Below, piece after piece: positions 24,101 to 37,700 of a stretch of 64,000 nucleotides of DNA. Position numbers and translations under genes: made by a program. This DNA comes from Azolla caroliniana (taxonomy: Eukaryota; Plantae; Polypodiophyta): the NCBI GenBank assembly GCA_043228905.1, contig JBHGNT010000003.1:18414001-18478000 (forward strand), in the 5' to 3' direction. How positions within the stretch are numbered: the stretch's first letter is position 1; each line of letters begins with the position of its first letter. The notes beneath the pieces were generated by a model. The model was given only the letters and a program-made list of their open reading frames with translations, did no database searches and was not told the DNA's origin.

Positions 24101-27100
24101 ATCACATTAAATGTGAAAGTTAGTTGATCGTAGTCTGGACTCTGGATATTCCTTTTCAGTAAACCAAATTGTCATTTACTATGACCTAGACACAAGCTAG
24201 TGTTAGATAGTACTTATCTTAGAGTCAATGACACATTCTTCAAGACTAAGTACATCTTAACCTGCCAACAGAGAATATTCTTCTAGTCGACTTGACTTGC
24301 CAATTCCATTACACTACTTCCCTATTTTCAGAATACATTCTGCTCGACTCATCTACAGTTTCCTACATTGACATCTCATCAACCCATACGATCGTGTTGC
24401 ACAATAGCTACTCAACTTGGGGTGCTATCACCAAATGTGCACTCTAAGAGTACACGTGGGGATGAGTTGACTACTTGGGGATGATAATTGGCTATATCGA
24501 AAAGTGAGAATGTTAACATTGGTGCACTCTTCAACAGGCATTATTGAATCATGAAAAGAAATTCAAGGGGAAGAAATCCCAATCAGATATGGATACAAGC
24601 AGCTAAAGATTGTCTCAAAAGTTACCTATTAGGCACTGCTTTTGTGGTTTTAATACAGCATCCCCAGTGGTTTTCAATGGCCACATTCAAAATGTATTTC
24701 TTTTATGTTAATACAGTTCCTCCTTGCATATACATCCATACCTCCACAACTCTGACCTTTTTATTTTATTTTGTTTGATCTTGAGTAGAAACATTCCAAC
24801 TATTTTCTTGATGTTAATGAAGCCACTTTGATGTAACAAATAAAATACAAATTAGATGAAGTTGCAAGAATATATTTCTAAATGGTTAAATTGCTAAACA
24901 ATACTTATAAGAAAAGAATTTTCTACACACCTTTGCACTAAGCCATCACCTAGTAAATCCACAAATTGATATATAAAGTTTTCCACTTCATCTGGAGAAC
25001 CCTTCTCATAGATTGCCTGAATGTTCAAGACCATTTTAATGGTTTTAATTACATGCTTCCTAAAGAAGAATATGTATAAGATCTACCACTAACCTTTGCA
25101 GTAACTAGGTCTTCATAATAAAGTTTTCCATCTTTTCTGGAACCAGATACCAAGTCAAAAAGCCTAGATCCAAGTGATCCATGTATTCCATAATAAGCCT
25201 ATGTACAAACACATCAAAAAATGAGAGAGCCCTAACTGAAATTGCAAACATATGAACAGTCAACAAACAAGGCATTGAGTTTAAGCTTAAAAAAGCAAGT
25301 ACAACATGTCAAAGAGAAATACAGACAAATTCCTTTTGAGGTAAAAAGCCTTTGCCAATCAAATATACATAAATAAATGGATAAACCTTGAAAAGCAATT
25401 TGCTACATGATTTATACTTCAGCAAATCTATTTATGATTAACAACTAATAACAAAAGATAATGAGAAAAATCATAGACCAGGTTTCGAATGTTGGCTTAA
25501 GGTTTCCAGTTTTAGAGTTAGCATTATATCAGCTTAACCATCCCGCCTTCTAAATGTGTATACCGTTGGATACATGGGGTTTTTACATTATGAAATAATT
25601 TCATTTCCACTTCCATCTCTCAAGTGTGAAGAATTGGTTGAAGTTGCACAAAACTTAAAACCCATTTTTTATGGAGTTTTGGTATGTCATAAAGGAGTTT
25701 ACCAAGTGTGGTAAATGCAAATACAAAGAAGAAAATACATGCTAAAAAGTCCCATGTAGTTCAGAAACATTTTAAGTTAACAGTATTGCCATTTCCAAAG
25801 CAGTTTGAAACATGTTTCCTATGCTACCAATTTCCTTTTCTAAGTGCTTATAATTTATTCGGAGAGATTCACAAATTAACTTCTTCGTTGTGGCGTTTAT
25901 TATTTGAATTTACTTAAGACTTCTCTCAAAATTGTCATCTTCGTATGCCCATGTTGATATTTTGCTATGATTTAAATTATATGCAATCAGATGAGGATTG
26001 ATCTTTGTTCATCAAAATGGCGTTTCTGAATCATCATTCATGTTACCTTGTTTCCGGTGAATGATACACAAGGAAGTGAAGTGAGTACAGTCTTAATTTA
26101 GTTTTATTCTACTATTTCTTTTAAGAATTTGTTTTTACACGTAAGGAAATAATCAGAATTAGTAGTTATGGTCAATATAAATAGTACACATGAGACGCAT
26201 AAGTCTGTAGGTGTTTTTGCTCACTAGACAACCTCTCTCATTCAATTATGGTACATGTAAATGTTTCCCTCTGTCTCATACGTCATGAACTCATTCTTCA
26301 CCTCAAGATATTAATTAAAAACGATCATTCTATTCATATATCTGTCTATCAATTTATGAAACCATATATCTGTTCGTATATCTATTTATCCATCAGTGTC
26401 TCCATCAATCCTTCAATCAATCAATCATTTATCTATTTATATATTAATCTATCCAAGCCTCCATCTGTCTATCTCTTCACACTCCATCCATATCTCTACA
26501 CACTCTTTTTAGCAATGAGTATCTACATACACACAAATATAGATATATGCATATATTATGCATACAATTTGGATACGTATCAATGGAATTCCTACACATT
26601 ATGATATATATGAAACATATAAAAGAAACAACCTGAAAAACAGATGCACTGATAAACTCTCCATCACTTCTTGACTGAGACCCTAGAGACACGAACAGAG
26701 CCCTCAGGTCTTGGATCTCAGACTCAGAAAACCTCCTGGAAAACAAAAAACACATCATAAAATACACATAGAAGAAAGATATTACATATCTCTATATATA
26801 CACACATATAGAAGAATGAATATATGTATGTATGTGGGTATGTATGTATGTTTGTATGGATGTATGTATGTATGGATGGATGGATGGATGGATGCATGTA
26901 TGTACATATACACATGCACATACCCATATACATACACATACAAATACACATACCCCATATATAACACTCATATGAATTCATATATGCATATACACATCTA
27001 CATACTTATACATACATGTACACATACAGCTATAAACACACACACACACATAGATACGTGTACGTATATACACATTTATTGATTTATGTGTAAATATTTA

Positions 27101-27211
27101 GGTATACAGTTACGTATTAATATATATGTGTGTGATGTGTATACATATATATGACCTAGAAGCCTGCAAGAACTCGGGAGTTGAAGATCGACTCTGCAGA
27201 TTGTTCCCCAT
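21178..27211 (-). CDS. MEAK7: TLDc-domain protein (TLDC1/MEAK7-like, plant OXR family), 422 aa, 8 exons
   Basis: Exons are 27211-27156, 26735-26633, 25198-25094, 25016-24931, 22745-22507, 22275-22086, 21840-21660 and 21486-21178. All introns are GT-AG and phases agree (1269 nt). Features: MGN N-terminus (myristoylation-like), EF-hand-like YQFVDLLGDG, TLDc motifs WILLYHSSLHGLSFNTF, IFGGFAS..W, SFLFSL, GLGFGG and VIECWG, and a C-terminal ERFKEDRNML-like tail. Confidence 0.93.
23540..23988. repeat. Approximately 224-bp tandem duplication in TLDc gene intron 4
   Basis: GTTGAGAGTA..CACTTCCGAAAACTAACTAGTG...CTTACACCTTAGAG occurs at 23540 and 23764. Confidence 0.9.
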
Positions 27212-28543
27212 TGCTGACTGTTCTCAATCCTGATCATTTACTCCTTTGATTACTGATTAGTTGACAAGGCTAGGATCCAGTCGCTCTGTTCTTTCGACCG
27301 TCGTTATAATGTTAAGGAGGTTTTCGGATCCCGGTGCTCTGTTCTTTCTCTAGATCATCATCATTCTTCTTCTTCAGAAGAAGAAGATTAAAAGAAAAAA
27401 TGGATATAGACTCCTAACAAAATATGTATTAATGCCCAAAGCCTTCGGGTCTTATATTTGATTCGCCCAACAAATGGCCCTACTGTTTGGTTATCTTCAA
27501 TGTGATGGATGGGCTTTGGCCAATCCCAGAGACAACCTGGACATTTGCGATGTCCGGAGAATTATAACGAGACCACATCAAGAGCAAGGAGCAGATTTCC
27601 TCTCCCCTTCCGCTGCAGGGTTTTTTTTTCAATCACTAATTCATATTTTGTCAAGAATCGTTGCCGTTGGTGGCTACTTATTTCCAATCTTTTTCAATCA
27701 CTGGTTCTTATTTCAACGTTAGACCCGAATCCTTGTCTTCGACAACTATAAAAGCCTCCGAATTGGACGGCGTTTTTCTCGTAGGCCTACGTCAATGGAG
27801 AATTAATCTCAGCATTTGAATATAGTGGGCTTTTCTTTGAGGATTACAACATGACAGAACCGTGTAGCTCTTGTATGCGTGAGTCGATAGAGAATTAACC
27901 TTAGCATCTGAAATGAATCGTTGGCTTTTCTTTGAGGGTTACACTCATTAACTCGACAATATTTGTATCAATGCTTAGAACACACTCAATACCTTCATAA
28001 TTTACATGAATTGAACTTTTAGTCACATAATAACACTTCAACAATTGGAGTTTTAATGATTTCCTCTCTTAATTACACATAGATTACTTGAATTTTAGTG
28101 ATTTACTACAATCATGACACATCATCCTTCTCCAACCATGAGAACATTGATAATGGATTTCACATGTCCATTCTTGGGTGCTTATGATTATCAATCAAGT
28201 GCATTCCCTACACCGCCACAATCATCAATCAACCACAGTTAGGGACATCTGTGGCCAACCTTATATAAGTTGATGTTTGTTTATGTTTCATGAGCTCAAT
28301 AAACATGAAAATACACACATCTCATCCAAATTCACTTTGTTCATCCTTGCTTACCTCCAAAACATGAAAATATCAAGAACTATGCATAGAAAACATTATC
28401 TTGAAACTTTAGAAAAAATTGATTCTTCAAAACTTTTAGCATAAAACTACAACATCGTCATATTTCATTCTTCAAGTAATCATTAACTTAAATTCCTAAT
28501 TTTCAATGACTAACTTCACCAATGAATATCCCCTCTTTATTAA

Positions 28544-31500
28544 TGTAAAGAATCGAGAGTGATTCTATGTAGCGGAATAGATTAGAGGGGTGTGTGTGTG
28601 TGTGAAGAGGAGAGGAGAGGAGCGAAACACAAGATATATAGATAGGAAAAATGAAATACTCAAGAATATGTATGTATTAGGAAGTGGAGAACAATATGAA
28701 TATTACAAAGGAGATTAACCGACACATTACAAAGTAGGAGGAGGGTGATTTATATAAGGTCGCCCTCTCTCTACATTCTCTCATTAATACGCTCACTCTC
28801 TCTCTAGAACCTTGGGGAATGTGGAAACTCGTTAGTTATGGGGAATATAGAACTCATTAGTTAGTTGTCATAGAATATGATTCTATGACACATAGTTAAT
28901 GTGTAGAAAGTAGTGGTGACCTTTGACCTTTGAGTGCTCATAGATTCTCAAAATATGTGTTCACACACTAGAGTAGGTTGAGCTTGATTTTCAACACGCC
29001 CCCTCAAGCTCAACTTTGGTCGGCTTTCAGCTTTTGGCCTTCATATGGTGTCCATCTCAATTGATGTCTGATTTAGCTGGTATCTGGTTCTCTCTTGTAC
29101 TCCCCCTCAAGCTTGGCAAGTTAGGGAACGTTAGTCTAAGGTCTGACATGAATTGTTGAAGCTTGTCGACTCCTAGGTCTTTGGTGAAGATGTCGGTTGT
29201 CTGAAGATTCATGTTGATGTGTTGAAGGTCGACATCTCCAGCCTAAACACGCTCTTGAATGAAGTGATAATGCAAGTTGATATGCTCTTCGTGCGCGTGT
29301 GGAACACCGTGTTCCGAGCCAGATGAATACTGCTCATGTTGTCGTAGTAAAGGGGAATTGGATCCTTGATGAGAAGACCCATCTCCTTCAATATTCTCTT
29401 CAGCCAAATGGTTTCACATGCAGCCACAACTTCACCCCCGTATTCGGCCTCTGTGCTCAAAAGTGCGACGATTAGCTGCTTCTTGCTACTCCAAGAGATG
29501 ACTCCACTTCCGAGAGAGAAGAAGAATCGTGAGGTCGATCATCACTCGATTATGTTGCCTGCCCAATCGGCATCCGTATATCCTTTGAGTCGAATTGGCG
29601 TGGACGACTTATAGAGAATTCCGTCGTCCATCGTTCCACTTACGTATCATAACACTCGCTTAGCACAATCTAAATGAATATCTCGTGGAGTTTGCATGAA
29701 TTGGCTAAGGGGGGCGATCGGATAGCTAAGTTTGGGTCGAGTGATCGTGAGATAGATGAGGCTTCCAATCAGTTGTCGATACTAAGTTGGCTCACACTTT
29801 TCTATGCTGGAGTCGGCAACTAGCTTTAGGTTTTGATTGAGAGGGGTTGCCATAGACTTACACTCAGTCATCCCGAACTTATATAATAAGTTGAGGATGT
29901 AGTGTCGTTGGGAGATCATAATGTTGGCTGGATGGAGTTCCAATTACCTCGATGTCAAGGAAGTAATGGAGCTCTTTCATGTCCATCATCTTGAATTTTC
30001 CAAAGAGGAGGGTCTTGACCTTGTTGATGTCGACTAGATGCTCACCTCCAATGACTAGATCATCCACATATAGGATGATGAAAACTAGGCTTCTAAAATT
30101 GTTTCTTATGTAGAGAGAGTTGTCGGATTTTGAAATTCTAAAGCCGATTCGATGAAGATATTGTGTTATCTTCAAATGCCAAGCACGTGGTGCTTGCTTA
30201 AGGCTGTAGAGTGGCTTCTTTAGTCAACAAATTGCTTTTGGATGGTAGCTGGATTCGACGTTGGGTGGTTGTACACCTTCTCCTCTAATTCACCTTGAAG
30301 AAACGTGTTCTTGACGTCCATCTGATGGAGGTGCCACCCTTTTGCTGCTGCAAGCGCTTTCACGATCCACACAGTTGTCCTCTTTGCCATTGGGGCAAGG
30401 GTCTCTTCATAGTTGCCACTGTGTGTTTGTATGTAGCCTTTTGTTACGAGTCGGGCTTTGTATCGATTGACAGAGCCATCGACATTATACTTCACCTTGA
30501 ATATCCATCTACAACCGATTGTCTTCTTGTGAGGTGAGTGAGGGACGAGATCCCATGTCTCGTTCTTACTAAGAGCTTGCATCTCTTTGTTCATCACTTC
30601 AACCCATTGCGGATCTTCAGCAGCTTCGGCAAAGTTCTTTAGTTCATTATCTGTTGCCACCTTCATCATAAAGGCATAGTGATATACCATATAGTTGTTG
30701 TAGTCAAATTGGTTAACCGAATTCTTTTCTTGAGTGGAGGGTCAATGTTTTTCGTTTGTCATGGAAATGGCTTTCTTCACTCTAGGTGTCCTCATGATAG
30801 GCACATCAAAGGCACCAAACTCACTATCGAGTGGGTCAGTTGGTTCATTGTCGTCGGATTGATAGTCTTCAAAATTTGGCATTTTTGCCTTTCCTTTGTC
30901 CGATTTCGGACTTGGCCGTGACATGCTTTGCTCGCTTGAAGGCTCTTGAGGTCCACTTAGCTTGATGTGATTGGACTCTCTTTGGATATTAACCTTAGTT
31001 ATCATCGTCTTCCATGTAGTCAAGGTCGTTCGTAGATGGTTCGGGAGGAGTTGGCTCAATTTCGTACCATGACGTTGATTCGTCAAAGACTACATCCCGA
31101 CTCACACGAACCTTTCAAGTAGAGGGGTTGAAGAATTTGTACCCCATTTGCTCCAATGAGTACCCTACGAGGATACACTTCTCCTACTTGGGATCTAGCT
31201 TTTCCCGCGTTTTGTCAAGATGTGCACATATGCAATTGAGCCGAATATCCTTACATGGGATAGATCCAACATCTTTCCATAGTACTTCTTGTGAGGGGTT
31301 ACATCATGCACTCTGGATGTTGTGCACTAGTTCATGAGGTAGACGGCAATATTTGTTGCTTTGGCCCAATGTGACTTGGGCATATGCTTCTCGCTCAACA
31401 TGGCCCTTGCTACTTCGAGGATGTGCCGATTCTTGCGTCCGGCCACTCCATTATGTTGCGGTGTGTGTCAGCACGTAAACTCTCGCCGAATTCCTTCTTT

Positions 31501-31971
31501 CCGGAGATAAGCTGAAAATTCGTAAGAGAAGTACTCTTTTCCTCCGTTTGACCGAAGGCATCTAACGTGACAACTTGTTTCCTTTTCGACTCCATTTTTT
31601 AAATTTTTGGAAGTGTGTAAACACTTCACTCTTTTGCATCATAGGAAAGATCCATGTGTTCCTAGAGAAGTGAACGATTCATGTGTGCTTGGGGAAGTCG
31701 TCAATAAAGGTGACATAGTATCGGCATCCTTCGAATGTTGTCGTTTGTGCTGGTTCCCACATGTCTAAGTGGATCAAATCTAGGAGGCCTTTGCTCACGT
31801 TTCGTTCTTTTGGAAATGGGTGCCGATGTTGTTTGCTGAATTGACAAGCTTTACATACACCTTCAATCTCTTTCTCTTGGAAGGTCGGGAGCCCAATGAC
31901 AACTCCTTTTGATTGCATCCCCTTGAGCTTTTGGAGGTTGATATGGCGGATTCTTTTATGCCATAGCTCTA
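28544..31971 (-). mobile_element. Copia LTR retrotransposon, 5'-truncated, degenerate (GAG-pre-integrase, INT, RT, RNase H, 3' LTR)
   Basis: The 3' LTR spans about 28544-28996 (TG...CA) with the PPT AGCTTGAGGGGGCG next to it. Peptides include ELWHKRI, CKACQFSKQHRHPF, RYKARLVTKGY, LYVDDL and STEAEY. The element is cut at 31972 by another LTR. Confidence 0.9.
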
Positions 31972-33865
31972 TGTTGAATGTGGGTCTCTAATGGACATAT
32001 TCACACTATCTCCTTTTGTACACACTAGGTTTAGGATATTTATGTAAATAGTGAGAAGGGCAGTTGCCCTAAGTTAGTTAGTATATAAACTGACTTTGTA
32101 ACCTAGTTTTCATAGTGGTTATAAATATAGTTCATCTTGTGCCCAACGTCTCTCTCTCTCTTGCGTTCTTGTTTATCTTCTTGATTCTGTTTCTAGTTGC
32201 CATCAACCTTCTTCATCTATTAACGATCTCCTCACAGAAGAGTGTTGATCTGTTCCGCACTAGACGGTTGCGTTCACAACATCTGGTATTAGAGCTTGAG
32301 GTTCTTTCTATTCTATTGTCGTTGTCTATCTAGTTTCTATCAACAACTCTTCTTCTGTACACCGTGAAGATCTCGGTTGGCAACTCTCTACAATATCGTC
32401 TTCGCGAAGAGAAACACCGGCAAAATCTGCACTCCACTATTCTAAATCACCATTGAAGTGAGCCAATCGGTTGCACTTCACTCATGTGATTGTAGCCGCT
32501 TGGAGTAAGATTTCGCTTCAAAAGCTCTGCCTCAATCGTATCACATTGGATTAGACAACAATCGAATAGGTCACCTGGCGCTAGTCACTCGCTTGTCATA
32601 ATCACTCATAGTTGTCTAGGCTCCAGGAACAACCCCCTTCCGTGCTTCATTTGGCTAGACAACATTCAGAAAGATTAGTTGATTCTGTTCTTCTCACTGT
32701 CGTAGTCACCTGAAGCAGGATCGGCCTGCATAATCGGCACATACTCTGTGTTTGGAAATCTAGAAAATCGACATTTGAAATCGATAGACATACTCGGGCC
32801 CAACTCAACTAGGCTAGTTAGCCGTAGTCACTTCGGATCAAGTCTCCCGAATTTCGAATCAGATTCAGCTTGTGTTCAAACTCGGCTAGAACGAATTCGG
32901 GTGAGCCAGTTTGTTGCACCCAACCACTATTCGTAGACAATCCCCGAACAAATCCTCCAAAATCGACACAGATGACATCAACATCCCGCTCATCAAAGAT
33001 GACTCTAAGGAAGTTTGACGGATCAAACTTCAACTTCTGGAAGGATCACATGCAAGACTATTTAATAGTCAAGGGGCAAATCGACCCCATCGAAAGCAAA
33101 AATGCTTCAGAAGGATACAAGACACTTGAATGGGAGAAGCTCGACAGAATCGTTCGAACCACCATTCAGATGCACCTATCGGAGTCCGTGTACTTCACGG
33201 TACAATCGTGTTCGACTGTCTTTCAACTATGGAAGACACTTTCGAACACGTACGAAAAGAAGGTCTCCGCCACGAAGATATATTTGATATGACACCTATC
33301 ACAACCAAGAGAAAAGATAGAGTGACAGAAGAAAGTTATAAAGAGATCACAGGAAGAGAGGAATGAAATGATAAGAGAAGAATGAATGTATTAGATAGAA
33401 TGAGAATGGATACAAGATAGGTGATGAGAGCTTAAGACTGGTGTTGATTCGAATTGGTTTGAGAAGAATTGTATGTCTATATTTATAGGTTCCTATAGAA
33501 TAGCCTAGAGATTTCTATAATGTTCTATAATGTTCTAGACCTAGAATACTCTAAGATGTTCTAGGATATTCTAGAATGTTCTAGAATGTTCCAAAGTATT
33601 TACAAATTATAATCAGTGTATTACAAGAAGTAGCTTTTATCATCTCATAATATCATAGGCTATCTTAATGGTTAGGTTCTTGATTATGTATTATAAGGTC
33701 TTGGGTTCGAGCCTAGGTGAAGCCATGATGTTTATGAATTCATGAAACTATTCCCCCGTCAAGAACGATGAGTGGAAGGCAACATTAATAATGTAGGGCC
33801 CAGTTTGTTTGGATAACGGCGATGGAAGTCGTCGATATTTATCGACGATTTCCCAAGTGCAATCA

Positions 33866-34388
33866 CTAGGAGGATAGCCTACCCAATAAACCAGATTATA
33901 GAGCTTATTCCGCACAATCTTAGAATCGAGAATAGCAACTACCTCGTATTCGGGGCCGTCAGCAAGTTGGACAAAGGGTGGAGGTGGCACGACACGATTA
34001 GGAATGGAAGAGGCGCGACAAGGTTCCAAAAGAGAGCTATGAAAGAATGGGTGAAGCCGCATGTGTGCTAAAAGATTAAGATGAAATGTTGCAACATTAA
34101 TCCGCGTAGTGATGAGAAAAGGACCTAAGAGGATAGCCTACCCAATCAACCAGATTATAGAGCTTATTCCGCACAATCTTAGAATCGAGAATAGCAGCTA
34201 CCTCGTATTCGGGACCGTCAGCAAGTTGGAAAGAGGGTGGAGGTGGCACGACACGATTAGGAATGGAGGAGGCACGACAAGGTTCCAAAAGAGAGCTATG
34301 AAAGAATGGGTGAAGCCGCATGTGTGCTAGAAGATTAAGATGAAATGTTGCATCATTAATCCGCGTAGTGATGAGAAAAGGACCTAAG
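33866..34388 (-). repeat. 259-bp tandem duplication of the INT C-terminus/chromodomain segment
   Basis: AGGATAGCCTACCCAAT occurs at 33871 and 34130. Two ORFs repeat RLHPFFHSSLLEPC...EYEV.AILDSK. Confidence 0.9.
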
Positions 34389-34535
34389 CGTTGATAATCG
34401 AGCTTCTCACATGGCCAGGTAGTCTTGATGTGACGACAAAGCAACCATACTTGGTCACTAACCTTAAAAGGAGACTTAAGATGATGGTGATCTACATTGT
34501 TCTTATGTTGTGCTTGAGCTATCTGAAGATGTGAA

Positions 34536-34781
34536 GATAGCGCTAACTGCATTCGGTGTAGTCAATGAAGGTGCTGCTCAAGATGACGCTAACTACATTC
34601 GGTGTAGTCGATGAAGGTGATGCTCAAGATAACGCTAACTGCATTCGTGTAGTCGATGAAGGTGATGCTCAAGATAACACTAACTGCATTCGGTGTAGTC
34701 GATGAAGGTGATGCTCAAGATAACCCTAACTGCATTCGGTGTAGTCGATGAAGGTGATGCTCAAGATAACTGCATTTGGTG
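34536..34781. repeat. 5 x 46-bp tandem repeat at the internal deletion junction of the chromovirus
   Basis: The unit GATAACGCTAACTGCATTCGGTGTAGTCGATGAAGGTGATGCTCAA starts at 34536, 34582, 34628, 34673 and 34719. Confidence 0.9.
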
Positions 34782-37700
34782 TTGTAATGTGATGGTTGAG
34801 GTTTGAGGAAAAGGAGATGGTGCACTGGTAGAACTATATTCTTTAAAGGAATAGTCCTGGGTTCGATCCTTACCAATGATGTTTTCTGCTGAATGACACC
34901 AAATTTCTCGCCTCCTCCAATCAATTATTGGGTTATGTAGCTCGAACCATGGCAAACCAGGGACAATTGGATGCTCGGGGCTACGGATTATGTTAAAGGA
35001 AACTACACATCCAAAATCACCTAAGAGCATGTGTATTGGCTCAGACTCTTCAAATATCTTCCCGGAAGCTATGGAACATCCATTAATCACTACTACGGAA
35101 ACTAGGCAAGGAACGATATGCAAGGATATTTGATGTTTTTGGGCAAAATCTCTATCCATGAAACAAGAATTGGCTCCAGTATCTAAGAGGGCTTAGACCT
35201 GAAGTTGACAACTCGGTGTCCTAACTTGTACTTAGGCTGAGAAGACTCTACTAACATGCTTGGATGAAATGGAACCTACACTAGGTTGTACAGATCTAGG
35301 GTTGTCCTACCAAATGGCTCCTATTTTGGCCAGACTCATTCATTTGACTCCTCTTCTAATTTGCTTAGGACTTCAAACTTATTGAAAAAGGGTGGATTAT
35401 TCACAATATTAGAATCACTAAGTGCTTCTACAATGTTGGACTCAGTTTTATTGTCATAGTGAATTTGATTTACTTGACGTCTCGGCCTACGGGAGCAATG
35501 AAGGGCTATATGTCCTAGACCTCCTCAATATAAGCATAGATGGTTTGCTTGGCGTCATTGCTTCTCTTCGTCCGACAATGGTACTCATCATTGGGTCATA
35601 TCGATCTCCATGGGTGTAGGGCTATCCATTGGGGTTGGACTACGTGTTTGCCTTGGAGTTGGAGCAGGGCTATATGTTTGCCTTGGAGATGATTCCGCTG
35701 TTACTGATGCATAAGTTGGTATAAATCTTGATCTTGTTAATTGTTGTTGTCGTTCACATCTACGCTCAAAGAGACGATTATCACACCATATTGCTCGACT
35801 AATAGCATCTGTAAGTGATTTTGGATCCTCGGGGAAGGTAAGAAGTCCTTCACATCACTACGAAGATTGGAACGAAATTGCTCCATTAGGGCTTGTTCAT
35901 CCCAAGAAATATCGCTTGCGATGAGACGGAAATTGGCCGCATATGTCGATGTTGGCTGATCACCTTGACATAGTGTACGAATCTTGTTGATTGTTGTTCT
36001 TGCCCCATCTATATCTCTGAAGCAAGCCTGAAATTCTTTGATAAACTCCTCGAAATTATGCAGTAGAGGAGAGTTATGTAGTGGAGAAAACCATAACAAC
36101 GTTATGCCAGTCAATAAGGTGCCCACTAACTCGACTCGTGATGCATTTGTCCGATAACACGTGGGATGCATTTGAATTACCAACCGCACTTGATTCAAGA
36201 AACCTTGGAAATGCGCCCTCGAACCATCAAATTTAGTTGGGAGGCTGATTTTGGGCTCCTTGATAATTCCTTGACCTTCAACCCTTTGTTGTTGTAAAAC
36301 TACGATTGTCAATTCTAAATGTTGCACCCATCGCGCAAACTCTTGATGTTATTGCTTCTCCATAGTAACCTTTTGTAGATCTCCAAGAAGGCGTTGATTC
36401 TCTAATTCAAGAGATGCGAACTTGGATTTAAGATTCTCCATTTCTGCAACAAGGGTGAGATATTCTTTTGAGTTGATGGCAGCCATGGTTTCGTGATGTT
36501 TATAGAGGAGGATAAACGAGAGAGAGATAAATTCAAATAAAACTATCAGAACCAAGAGAAAAGATAGAGTGACAAAAGAAAGATATAAAGAGATCACAAG
36601 AAGAGAGGAATAAAATGATAAGAGAAGAACGAATGTATTAGGTAGAATGAGAATGGATATAGGATAGGTGATGAGAGCTTAAGATTGGTGTTGATTCGAA
36701 TTGGTTTGAGAAGAATTCTATGTCTATATTTATAGGTTCGTATAGTATAGCCTAGAGATTTCTATAATGTTTTAGAATGTTCTAGACCTACAATATTCTA
36801 AGATGTTCTAGGTTATTCTAGAATGTTCTAGAATGTTCCAGAGTATTTACAAATTATAATCAGTGTATTATAAGAAGTATCTTCTTTCATCTCATATTAT
36901 CATATGCTATCTTAAGGGTTAGGTTCTTGATTATGTATTACAAGGACTTGGGTTCAAGCCCAAGTGAAGCCATGATTTTTATGTATTCATGACATCGCCT
37001 TTATAATCTTCGGATGAAAGAATTCGATTCAGTCTAGGCACACCTCAACAAGTACAAAAGTCTAAGCTCCTAAATTTCGCCTCAGGGGACAACTATCGAG
37101 GATGAACTAAGAGCAATGTTGCTTATGAGTAGTCTTCCCCCTTCGTGGGAAACATTTGTTACAACTGTGTGCAACGCATCGACTACAGCTGTTAAATACT
37201 CCTCAGTCACGGGTGCAATTATGATTGAAATGGTTCAGAGGAAATCATTTGCAAACGATTCGGCCAACAACACTTATATAGTACAAAGTTCAATAGACCG
37301 ATCGAACAACCAAGGAAGAGGTTCTTCACGGCAGTCGAACAACCAGCGAAGTCAGAGCAAGTCCCAGGATAATCGAGTCTACAATTATTGCAAGAAACCT
37401 AGACACATCAAAGCCGATTGCCGCACACTCAAAGCCAAAAACGATAAGGCTTAGTGAGCTAATCAGAAGAGTGATCAACATGAGGAGGTCAATTACATCA
37501 ACTCTTCGGCCGAAATACTCCGAACATCTTGTTCATTGAAAAATTAGTCCGCTGAAGAGTCAAGCACTTGGCACTTGGACTCAGACGCTTCATATCACAT
37601 GACCCCTCATCGATCCCAATTTCGGCAATACCCGACCCGACATTCCGACTCTAATCCGAGTCAGAAATTCGTAGCACTGTGCAATAATCGGAATCGGCAC

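Larger units (their letters stand above)
33297..36994 (-). mobile_element. Gypsy chromovirus (Tcn1/Tf1-sushi-like), non-autonomous deletion derivative
   Basis: Two 451-bp LTRs lie at 33297-33747 and 36544-36994, with PPT CTTGACGGGGGAATAG and a degenerate TSD ACACC/TCGCC. It retains gag EPKISLPTKFDGSRAHFQGFLNQ, protease LLDTGA, the INT C-terminus KLDYQRLGPF and chromodomain EYEVAAILDSK...YNLVDWVGY. RT, RH and the INT core are absent. Confidence 0.9.

Noticed and set aside
26248-27082. ORFs rich in Y/I/H/T/M/C
   Set aside because: Derived from intronic (TA)/(CA)/(GTAT) simple repeats; only 26633-26735 is a real exon.
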